Positions 8,944 through 18,690 of a stretch of 20,000 nucleotides of DNA are shown here, piece by piece; position 1 is the first letter of the stretch; every line of letters starts with the position of its first letter. Below the pieces are notes generated by a model that saw nothing but the letters and a program-made list of their open reading frames with translations, had not been told where the DNA came from and made no database searches. The position numbers were made by a program, and so were the translations under genes. Origin of the DNA: Craspedostauros australis (Eukaryota); NCBI GenBank assembly GCA_030167865.1, contig JALAGF010006097.1:45665-65664 (forward strand), read 5' to 3'.

Positions 8944-9966
8944 ATGATGATGACACTACGATTAAATCCGTCCGCCATCTGTATTGCGGTGCTTCAGATC
9001 TCAATACTCATACTACCAGTGTGGACATTCCAACCAATCGCACGTACCGCGGCACCCTCTCTGCTGGGTAACACCGCACCATTCCAACGATGCGAGGCAT
9101 ATACATCGCGACTGCGGGCACAGCGAGACGATACCGACAGCAAGAAACCGGCACAGCAAGCAGCCGGCAAACCGCGATTCGCGCAGCAATCGCCCAACCA
9201 AAAACGACGACGCCCGCGTCCGCGTCCCCAAACCAGCGATGGCCCCACCTACAGGGCCGACGGGGCACTCATCGAGCAGAACCTGCAGCGCGTCAAGACA
9301 GCCGGACGCATCGGTACGAAGCGCTACGTCGATCCAAACAAGGTCTTCATCGGCAACCTGCCGTACAGCATCGACGATGATGCGCTGTTCGCGTTCGTAT
9401 TGGATACGATGGGCCAAAGTCGGCTGGTGCTGCAATCGGCCAAGGTCATCCGCGAGTGGAAGACCGGAAAAAGCAAGGGGTACGGATTTTGCATGTTCAC
9501 CGATCCCATGTACGCCACCGTGTGCATGGACATCATGAACGGACAGATGCTGGAGGGGCGGCGCTTGACCGCGTCGCAAGGCAAGAAGAAGGACGCGGAC
9601 AACGAGCTCTACATCAAAAAGCAGAAGGAGAAGAAGCAGGCGAAGAAGCTTTCTGAAGAAGAGATGGCCATTGCGAGCGGACTGCAGGCAGCAGAGGAGG
9701 ATGCCGAGTTTTTCGAGGATGACGAAGATGTTCCGATTTTCGGCGGCGAGAATGAGGAGGACTTCGAGCTGGATGCCAGGCTGTTTGGCATTGCGGCTGC
9801 CGATGAGGAGGACGACGAGGATGACGACGATATCGATGGCATCTTCGTGGAACGCCACTTCAAGTACGAAGAAGTCGACGAAGATCTCAACCGCGAACAG
9901 CGCCGTGACGCACAACGACGCATGAAGCGCAAGAAGAAGCCCTCCAGAGGGTTTGGAGCGGATTAA
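8944..9966 (+). CDS. Single-RRM RNA-binding protein with a probable bipartite plastid-targeting presequence
   Basis: RNP2 VFIGNL and RNP1 KGYGFCMF. N-terminal signal peptide ending VWT|FQP (Phe at +1, ASAF-like), followed by a basic, acid-poor transit-like stretch. Acidic C-terminal region and a terminal RKKKPSRGFG. Confidence 0.88.
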   Translation: MMMTLRLNPSAICIAVLQISILILPVWTFQPIARTAAPSLLGNTAPFQRCEAYTSRLRAQRDDTDSKKPAQQAAGKPRFAQQSPNQKRRRPRPRPQTSDGPTYRADGALIEQNLQRVKTAGRIGTKRYVDPNKVFIGNLPYSIDDDALFAFVLDTMGQSRLVLQSAKVIREWKTGKSKGYGFCMFTDPMYATVCMDIMNGQMLEGRRLTASQGKKKDADNELYIKKQKEKKQAKKLSEEEMAIASGLQAAEEDAEFFEDDEDVPIFGGENEEDFELDARLFGIAAADEEDDEDDDDIDGIFVERHFKYEEVDEDLNREQRRDAQRRMKRKKKPSRGFGAD

Positions 9967-11619
9967 TTTGATGTCCGGAAGAGAATCAGAAATTATTTTC
10001 CGCGTCACATCCACGTACCACTGCCAGAGCAAGTCCGAGGATGAGCATGAAGATGGTTTTTGGTCCGGAGATTGACTCCATGTCGGCTCCTCCGCTCGTA
10101 ACGATGGTCATGCCATACTGTACCATACCATTCACGCTTAACCTACGCTCATTCCTCACACAGAGCACTGCACTTTTGGCGTACCTGTGCACTTGCGAGC
10201 CTCCGCCCTGTCCGCTATTTTCATTTTGGTCAAGTTCATTCGACTGAATACTTCAGGTTGTATCCTCCGGAGCGCGGATGACATCAAACACTCCGTTTCG
10301 GACAGATTCACGGACAGTACGTTTGATACTGTGGACTAATGGGACCATTTTGAAACAGAGTACGACTACAGTGCTACGTAGGTATGATTGTTTGGTGGTG
10401 CAACTGACGATTCACGGCCGCGCAACTTCTCACAAGAGTGCCCCTGCCTTGTGCTGCTCTGCTATACTCGTAATGGATGTTTCCTTTCACAAAAGCAAAG
10501 ACGCGGTACCTACGCAGAGAGATGGACAGACAGAGAGTTGACATGTATGTATGATCATCCAAAGTAACGTCCGTACGTGTGTGCGTGTGCTCGCCAATGA
10601 TCGAATCGCATCACGAAGAGACAAATCGCGCCAAAATCAAGATCGTGAAGACAACTGGTGCCAATGCAATGTCTCTCTTGTTTTGCACACAACGCTTGCC
10701 CATGTGTCTTGACGACCACGCCAACCTCGAGGACCGGCCACAAAGGCGTTTGATCGCTCATGAACCCGCGCTTGCAAATGAGTAACAAGGGGGAATTGAC
10801 GCCAGAGAGAGAGAGAGAGTCGCACACACAATCCACACACAACAAATACTTCAACAGGGAATTTTTCGGACACGAGACGGTGGCAGAAGGGCATTCCACT
10901 CTGCGATGCTTCGCATCCATGTCTGGTGGTCTTCGAACAGATACGGTTCTTGTGGGATGCATGCCGCAAGGCTGCGCAGGTCCTGCACTATCCTGCGGCT
11001 GACTCAAATCGCATTCTCTTCCAGCTGAGATTGAGCGATATGCAGAGAGACACGCATCAGACATGGCACGCAGGCAGGCAGGCAGACACGATGGCACGAT
11101 GGTGATCCGTCACACAAGAGCAATACATTGGTGGAGCAGTTCTCGCATCGCGATGCACTCTCGCATCAAATGCAACCAACATCCAAACAGTACTCATCAG
11201 TACTGGAGTGGCTCCGTGCTGTACGATCTACTCCAATCCCTGCGTATGTCACGCACACCCTCTACGATCGTACAGATGAAAGAAGAATCGATGAAGCATT
11301 GCCAATACCTACGTCCCCCGCGCGAGTGCTGCCATTCTCCGCGATCACAGGCAAAGGCAAATGCAAATCATCAAATGCGATCATAAAATGCAGGCCACAG
11401 CAAACGAAAGCACTACTCGTAAGCGTGGCCGTCCACACGTTGCAGCTTCAACTTCATCAGTCGAACCAACCGGACGAACGCTTCAACTCATCATCCAGCG
11501 CAGCCTTCGACATGGAGAAGAACAGCTGTCAGAACAAGACGGGAGTCATGGCAGTCACCCAGACCATCCCCGTTCGGTCCGTGAGCGAGTACGTGACGTA
11601 TCAGAGAGGATCGAACAAG

Positions 11620-12937
11620 ATGTCTCTTCCTGATGTACCCTGATACTGGGAGGAGGACACGGACACCGTGCAAATGCACGCGAAGGGAGTGAGATTGAAG
11701 TACACGAACTTTGTGTCGTATGGCAGGGACATATCAAAGTAAATCGAGTGCGCATTTCAGCAATACAAGCAGGATAGTACGGTGCATTCGTTCCCGCTGG
11801 ATCTTACGAGAAAGGTGGTAAAGAAGCGGAACATTCATACAGGGGCATCGCACAGGGTGAACTTCGCCCGCATGATCCAAACCAACCATTCGTCGCAGTA
11901 CGACCGCAACATTCATCGTGAAGAGGTCAAGGTTGCCACTGACGTTGGATGCNNNNNNNNNNNNNNNNNNNNNNNNNNNNNNNNNNNNNNNNNNNNNNNN
12001 NNNNNNNNNNNNNNNNNNNNCGAAGTAACAAAGCAACATCCCACAAACAACGAATGGGCGTACGGTGAGATACTCAATGACCCATTCAAATTGCGCTCAG
12101 GCACAATCAACGCCCTACCAACTTCATCTGCCTTTTGCACGCCAATCGAAACACTGTCGCAGGCATTGCAAAAATTGCGCCACCTCCGGTTGGTTTCCGA
12201 TCACAGCAGTCAGCGCCCCCACCGTCGATATGATGGGCGATATCATCAAGGGCATGAAGGGAATGGCTGTCTCATCGGAAACACCACCTGCGTGGGAGAG
12301 ATTCAGCAACGACAAGCAGAGCTTAAACGATGGACGATTTCCACTGTGCCATCATTCCGAAGAATAGAAAGATGTGGTCAACTTCATTCAACACGCTCCG
12401 TGCAGCTCTTCAGGCCAAAGAATCAACATCGCCTCGACCGAGCGCATTCAAAACCTGGCGCTATGGCAGACCTATGCAGCCAAAAAGCAATCGATGGAGA
12501 TTGCCTTCGAAGAGCATCCTGAAACCGTTGTGAACAACCACAGTCGGTCTGTGGAGCGCAAATGGCTCTTTCATGGCACGACAAGGGAGAACGCCACCAA
12601 GATCGAGAGACAGGGATTCAATCGATCATTTGCTGGGCGCAACGGAACACATCACGACAAAGGCGTATATAATACTTTGCAAGCGATCTATCCACCTCGA
12701 CCAATCATGCATACTCCGTCGTCTGATGACGATAGCGTCCAACGAATGTTCATGTGCCGCGTAGCTATTGGAGACTTTTACCAAGGAACAAGCAACCAGC
12801 TGATCCCTGACATCAAACCGAATCAACAGGCGGAACTCTTTGATTCCACGGTCGACAAAATGGACAATCCATCCACCTTTGTGGTGTGTCACGACGCCCA
12901 GGCCTACCCAGCGTACTTTGTCACATTTACTCGATAG
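11620..12937 (+). pseudogene. Disrupted WWE - SH3-like - PARP catalytic (mono-ADP-ribosyltransferase-like) gene; may extend upstream to ~11130
   Basis: PARP/ART motifs: ERIQNLALWQTY, WLFHGT, GFNRSFAGRN, KGVY, MFMCRV..G, FDSTVD...P..FVV.HDAQAYPAYFVTF. WWE-like: *YWEED...FVSY..DISK*IECAFQ...RVNFARMIQTN...YDRNIHR. SH3-like: EVTKQ....EWAYG....SGWFPITAV. Lesions: TGA 11641, TAA 11740, TAG 12365, a frameshift near the A5 run at 12170-12174, and a compensated frameshift at ~12668-12722. Confidence 0.82.
11953..12020. other. Assembly gap (68 N)
   Basis: Run of N characters. Confidence 1.
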
Positions 12938-14889
12938 GTGATGTCATAGACAGAGACAAATGTGAGTTGGGCAGCGTAGTTCATCCGTTCTATCGGAGGC
13001 GCACGATACAGTAATCCTGCTGCCCAAGACACAAACGCACGCATGTAGCCTCGCAATGGAACGAGAAAACGCGTTCGTCTACTTCTTTGTACGAATATGC
13101 TGAATCAATGGCACTTGCCCACTTCACCCTATTGTTATAGTTGGCTGACCTGCTGGAGCTGAGTGGTTGGAGCAAACTTGCTTCATGCGGTCGCATAGCT
13201 CGACAGAGAGGAATCGGAGACACCCTGGGCATGAACAGTCAGATCATGAGATGGCATCACACATGGCCAATCGCAACTTTTCATTCCGCTCCAAATGGGA
13301 GCACAGTGGATGGCAGCCACGTTACAAGTTGTGTGTATTCTACTTGTCATCGCTGTTGCGAAGGAACAACGAAGGTCTGGAGCGAGGTGAGCAAGAGCGT
13401 CACTCAAATGGATCACAACAGGGTGGCACGAACGCCGCTGCCAACACATCAGTCGTTGAAGTCGGCTTGTGTGATGACAGGCTCGACATCGATGCCGCGT
13501 GGCGAGATCCAACAATGAAACCAATAAACCAAAGAAAGCCAGAGAGCGAGAGGGTAGATTGGCGGTTCTGCCACCTCTGTTGAAGACATGTTGCTCGTTA
13601 GGCAATGCAATAGCTGACTGTGAACAATCTATTCTGTGGGTTCTCAGCGCCGCTGGGCGGGCTCACTCATCTTGACGCAGTATCTAGCAGATGATGCGGG
13701 AACAAAATGAGGGACATAACTCTTGCGCTGCATCCAATGAACCTGCTTGAGCTGTATTGCGGACACAAGTGCAATGCGCTCCTCTCTCCAGCAAGAGAGA
13801 GAGAGAGAGACCAAGAGCTCACAGTGATGTTCAAACCTGCTTGCGACAGAACATCTCGAGCAGAACTCCCATGAGCAACCTTGATTGATGTCCTGTTATC
13901 CGTGCCATCGGTGACCTGCTCTGCTCGTACTCGTATCACAGTTCCATACTGCCTGCGTCGAAAGCACAGCACTCGTGTCAAATGAGCAACTCCTTCCGAC
14001 GGCTGTGCAGCCTCCACCAGCTCTGCTTGAAGTCGATTGGAGAGGAAAGGGTGAAGAGTTTTGTGCTGCTGCGTCTCTGTACGGAGCGAGGCACTTTGGG
14101 GAAGACACATCGACAGCGATGATGTCCCAATTGTGATTCGTCTCTGGCTTTATCGTTATGTGTGACACAGATCATCCAAAACTCCATGCAACTCTCGCGG
14201 CCGACAGCCAGTCTGGGATTCCAAAGCTCTATCAGCCAGGTAGACTCTTCCAAGCATGTCAGCGCAAGCGTGGAAGAGTACAGAGAGGTAAGGGAGTCAG
14301 CGGTATCCGGTGTTCGTCGTCCACAGTATCATTTATTCTGCTTTTGTGAATCACGGTTGTGCTTTGTCCAAACATGTCGAGCCTGCATGAATTTGTCACC
14401 AGCCAAACCTTGAATCAAGACGACTGTGAGCGATCCTCTTGGAATCGTACCAAAACTCCACTAAGTACTACGACCAAAGTAACCATATCTGGTTGATATT
14501 TGTACTTGTCGACGGGTTCTTCAACGAAGATCACGGAACACATACGTTGTGGCCGAATGCAGACTCAATAAATCAAGTTGACATTCCTTGCGTTCGGCGG
14601 AAATATCGTTTCCGACATGGCGCAACAAACGCTTAAGTGGAGCTCTGGCTGGATCCGCCTTTCGTTGGAACCGCGAGGTCGCATCAACATTCGGAACAAT
14701 GGAGATTGGTTCGTCTGCGCATCTGCGTTGCTCCAAACCCACCTTGAAGACTCAGCATATCGCACGCAAAGTCGTACAAACACCGTATCCAAACTCGCGC
14801 CCGGCGAAATGGTAGGGAGGCGACCAATTGCGTCTCTGTGTCATACTCGAAGCGTGCTGGAACCACTTCATACCAATACATCCACGCGC

Positions 14890-14992
14890 TCGTACATGTG
14901 TTCGTACCTTTGTTCGTACGTGTGGTGGTACATTTGTTCGTACGTGTGTTCGTACGTGTGTTCGTACGTGTGTTCGTACGTGTGTTCGTACG
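14890..14992 (+). repeat. 12-bp minisatellite, ~8.6 copies of TCGTACGTGTGT
   Basis: Units: tcgtacatgtgt, tcgtacctttgt, tcgtacgtgtgg, tggtacatttgt, four perfect tcgtacgtgtgt, and a final tcgtacg. Confidence 0.95.
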
Positions 14993-15374
14993 AGCCAAGC
15001 ACCCTGTTTGCGATTACGACGCTCGGGCAGCAAACCTGTGCAAGTAGTCAATCAGCTAACAGAAACCACAGTGCAAGTACAGACAAGTACAGACACACAA
15101 TTGATACGATCCGACAAAACGAGCAGCAGCAGCAGCAGGACCGACAACAACGATAACAACAGAGACGCATTCATCTTTTTCCGTCTCATGTCAGCCCTGA
15201 TCAACTCACAATATTCCAACGCTCATAATCTTCAAGCTCAGTCTTCACGAAGCAAGTACCCAACAACCCCATCCATTCCGCCACTTGTAACAGCAACCAG
15301 CAACGGTATCCAAACAGCAACGCACACGCACAAGAGCAAACAGTAAACAACGAATACCATCTAGAACAGCCACC

Positions 15375-16292
15375 ATGATGCTCAACACTACAAGAGTCTT
15401 GCCAACGACCTACACTCCACTTCCGCACACAATCCTGATTGGCAAAGGCAAGCGGTGCATCTCCGCCACTGGCAACAAGCGCCTGGCTTGCGTCATCGAA
15501 ATGTACCGCAATGCCTACCTATCCGCATCCAAGCAGCAAAAGACGGACATCGTCACCAACATCATCGAGATGGTGAAGGCGTCCAATGTCGGCCCTGCCC
15601 CTTTCGTCAAGTTCCACGACGGTCGGTGGCACGAGATGAACGAAAGCGCGGCCAGGACCAAGGTCGGCTGCATGATCCGTGACGCTCTGTCTTCAAAGTA
15701 CAAGTCCAGCACGCAGCTCCGCGTCAAGCGCCGACGGGAAATGCAACAGGCTTTCACAGAAGCGCAGCTGGCCCAAATCCGTTCGACTGCAATTCAACTC
15801 AGCGGGGTTTCCGGTGCGAGCGTGGACAGCCGAAGCGAGGCTGTTCACAGCATTCCGCCCCCGAAGACCCAATCAGCCCCCACGTTCTCCCAGACCCAGG
15901 ACATCATCCCAGGATCTTCCGCACAGACAAGCCTTTCCAGGATAGTTTCGGATCATGACTACACATCCGATGATGGAAGTCATTCGACACAAACCGTGGC
16001 GGAAAGAGCACAATCTTTGCAAGACTCCACTTCGCCAGCAGGAAGAGCTGCACAGCTGTTGCAACCGTCAACGGCTCCACAACAAGTCTTCAGCTCTCAG
16101 AACAACACCATGGCGCAGTCACCAGCCAATGGCACGGACCACATTCCCAACTTGGAGCTTGATGTCGTAGAATGCGACATCGAAAAGGCAAAGACATGGG
16201 CATGCTTTGACGACGCCATGAACTTCCACCAAGTTGGTGATAGTGCACTTGCTATGGACATCAAGAACTTTGAACTCTTCAGCGTGATATGA
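15375..16292 (+). CDS. DUF6824-domain protein (305 aa) with a Ser/Gln-rich disordered middle and acidic C-terminus
   Basis: N-terminal ILIGKGK......GNKRL..VIE.YR..Y..A.KQQKT.IV..II..V........FVKF.DGRW.E.....AR.KVG..IRD matches the pattern of the diatom-expanded DUF6824 family. The ATG is in a cacc-ATG context after a CAA-rich leader. Confidence 0.85.
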   Translation: MMLNTTRVLPTTYTPLPHTILIGKGKRCISATGNKRLACVIEMYRNAYLSASKQQKTDIVTNIIEMVKASNVGPAPFVKFHDGRWHEMNESAARTKVGCMIRDALSSKYKSSTQLRVKRRREMQQAFTEAQLAQIRSTAIQLSGVSGASVDSRSEAVHSIPPPKTQSAPTFSQTQDIIPGSSAQTSLSRIVSDHDYTSDDGSHSTQTVAERAQSLQDSTSPAGRAAQLLQPSTAPQQVFSSQNNTMAQSPANGTDHIPNLELDVVECDIEKAKTWACFDDAMNFHQVGDSALAMDIKNFELFSVI

Positions 16293-18690
16293 ACACGACG
16301 ACTGCGGCCAAGGATGAATTGTACGAATGGAATGAACGACATATGGCTGTACTTTTGCATATACACATATAATAGTATGAATTCTACACAGACCTCTATG
16401 CACTGTCATATGAATTTAGTACGATTCGACTGTCTGCTTGGAATGCTCCACTCGTACGAGTAGAGTGCTCTGCGCTGTTGTCTGTCACCAGATCTGTATG
16501 TGCCCGCTTGTGAAATATAGAAGTGTGGAGTACGGGGAATTGAGAGCGTTGGACGATCCGGAATGGGGAAACAGGATCACTATACACGCGATGACGACCA
16601 CACCTACGTGTAATGCATCCAAAACAACGACCAAGGCCGCACATGATTGGAGACAGGCACTCGTACGGAAGCGTATCGTTTGGGAAACTTCAATGGGTAT
16701 GTTTGCGCAAGTACACCGCTGCATTCTGTATTGACGAGGAACGATGCCGTATAGTCGTACTCGTAGAGAAATCAAGATATTAGTGCACATTCCAGGCAGC
16801 GTTAGGCGAGAGCCGACTCTCGTTTCTGAGCGCACAAAGCGTTGACAATGAAAATCCAGGATGCTCTGAGCTGCATGCAAAGATGCTACCATTATCTGTT
16901 ATTCCCTGCTGCATGGCTAGTGACAAGCCTTCATTGCATTGGTTTCTTGCGTATGTCGCTCTGTCGATCCTCTTCGTTGTGGAGGAGCAAAAGCCCGATC
17001 GCCGAAGTGAAATACCTGTGTGGAGAATACGACATTTCTTTGAGCACTGTACGTCGTCACACTCTCTGGCTGTTGCAGCATGCTGCTTGTTGAGCCTCTC
17101 TTTCCTCGATTCGCACGAGCACGCGTCCGCCATGTTCACGACGTCATATTATTGGTTCAATGGCTGCCATAATTGTTTGGATCTGACTGCGTTCTTGCTT
17201 CTGATCATCAGCCGACATCATCGACGAGAACTGGACCTGAACGAAGTTGTCATCTAGCATCGCATCAGACGTTCTGTAATCTGAGGTTGGCGATCGTTGG
17301 CATCGCTGCTCGCATCCCGCTCGCCTTCTGCAGCTGAGTCAGAGATGTTGCTTTGTTGCTCCTTGCTGCCTTTCGATCGCTTCGTGCTAGTGTCTATCTG
17401 CCTTCGGCTGGCTTCGACAGCTCGTTTGCATTCAACCTCCTCCGGGCTTGACCCTCGGTTCCTAGGATCTATCCCGCTCGGTGCTTGCCGCCCTCGGCAT
17501 GCCGCAGGGCACTCCGTACCGTATTGACACCCTGCTGTCGGCCATCGAGAGTTCATAGACTCCATCAGCAGACCCAATCTGGGCTCTGATTTGCCACGAA
17601 TGCACTGCAACTCAGACCAAGCTGCTGATAGCAAAGCAAGATGTGGACGGCTTAGTCGATCCAAGATTCACAGCCTCTAACTCCCTACATTGCTTGCCTG
17701 CGTTTGCACGGCTCTACTCTTGATGACAGTCGCGCAGCTCAAGCACTTTCCATGTAACAGTCGGCGTTGATGTTCATGTTCATGCTGATGCTATTGCCAT
17801 TCTTATTTGCCCGTATTATCATTACCAACATCCAATAAATCAGCATAGGTGCATTCTCGCACATAGAGTAGATGGATAGACAACGACTGCTGTTCCTCAC
17901 ACGTCTGCTCTTTACACTCTCTCTCGAGCTATTGCTTCTACGACTCCGCGACCGGCGATATTGTCGCCTCCGCCAAGTCCTCTCCATCCCTACTATCTAT
18001 CACACCTGAGGACCCTGCCGGTCTACTTGGTCGTCAGCTTCTCGATTCAATCCGACATGCAATTTCTTCCATTCACAATTCCGCAACGAATTGGGTCTGA
18101 CTTTGTCCAAATTCGCACAGTCATTTTTGACAACCGTGAATGGCTTCAGTGCACAAATGATGACGAAGAGTTTTGTTGGGGAGGCATCGCAGTTATGAAA
18201 ACCACACGAAGGAGAACGTTCGCATCCCTGCGCCCGTTGCCTGTGTTGGTAGCGGGTACGAATGTGCTGCCTTCTATCTCCAAGCAGGCTTCGATCTCTA
18301 CGCGTACGACTACTCTGCTCCATGCTCCATTGGCACAGCAATGGTCGTATAGTCGTAGTGGTTGTGAAACTACTTTGGCCTTCCTCACGCCATGACAGCA
18401 GCGCATGGAGTACCATACTCTTCACTCTCCCGAGAATATACGGCATCAAAACCACCACATCAATACGCAACGCAATCATCACAACACAAAGCACACGACA
18501 TCCAGCACACAAGCGAGGTGATCTTACGAGATCATTTCACACGACCATCAAGACGACTCTTCATCTCATAAATCCAACCGAGTCGTCAAAAGCATCAACC
18601 ATCGTCCGTTGACGTCCATCAACGTCTATTTAAGAGCCAACAATCGACAACAACAATCAACAATCAACAACCAAGAAACATCGAGCAACC

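Noticed and set aside
11641..12367. Stop-codon reassignment or readthrough (TGA at a likely Trp, TAA at a likely Gln, TAG at a likely Tyr in the PARP locus)
   Set aside because: Neighbouring genes end normally with TAG, TGA and TAA. Each stop is one substitution from the expected codon, and frameshifts co-occur, so ordinary pseudogenisation explains it.
12940..14880. Short ORFs as genes or transposon remnants
   Set aside because: No recognisable domain, terminal repeats or consistent coding frame were seen by eye. Decayed sequence cannot be excluded without a homology search.
14890..14992. CRISPR array or telomeric repeat
   Set aside because: The 12-bp units are contiguous with no unique spacers and no cas genes. 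The array is internal and not TTAGGG-like.
16300..18600. Short ORFs, including a faint RNase H-like HVGLNREAD on the minus strand near 18030-18060
   Set aside because: The similarity is too short and no other retroelement motifs (RT, integrase, LTR) were seen.
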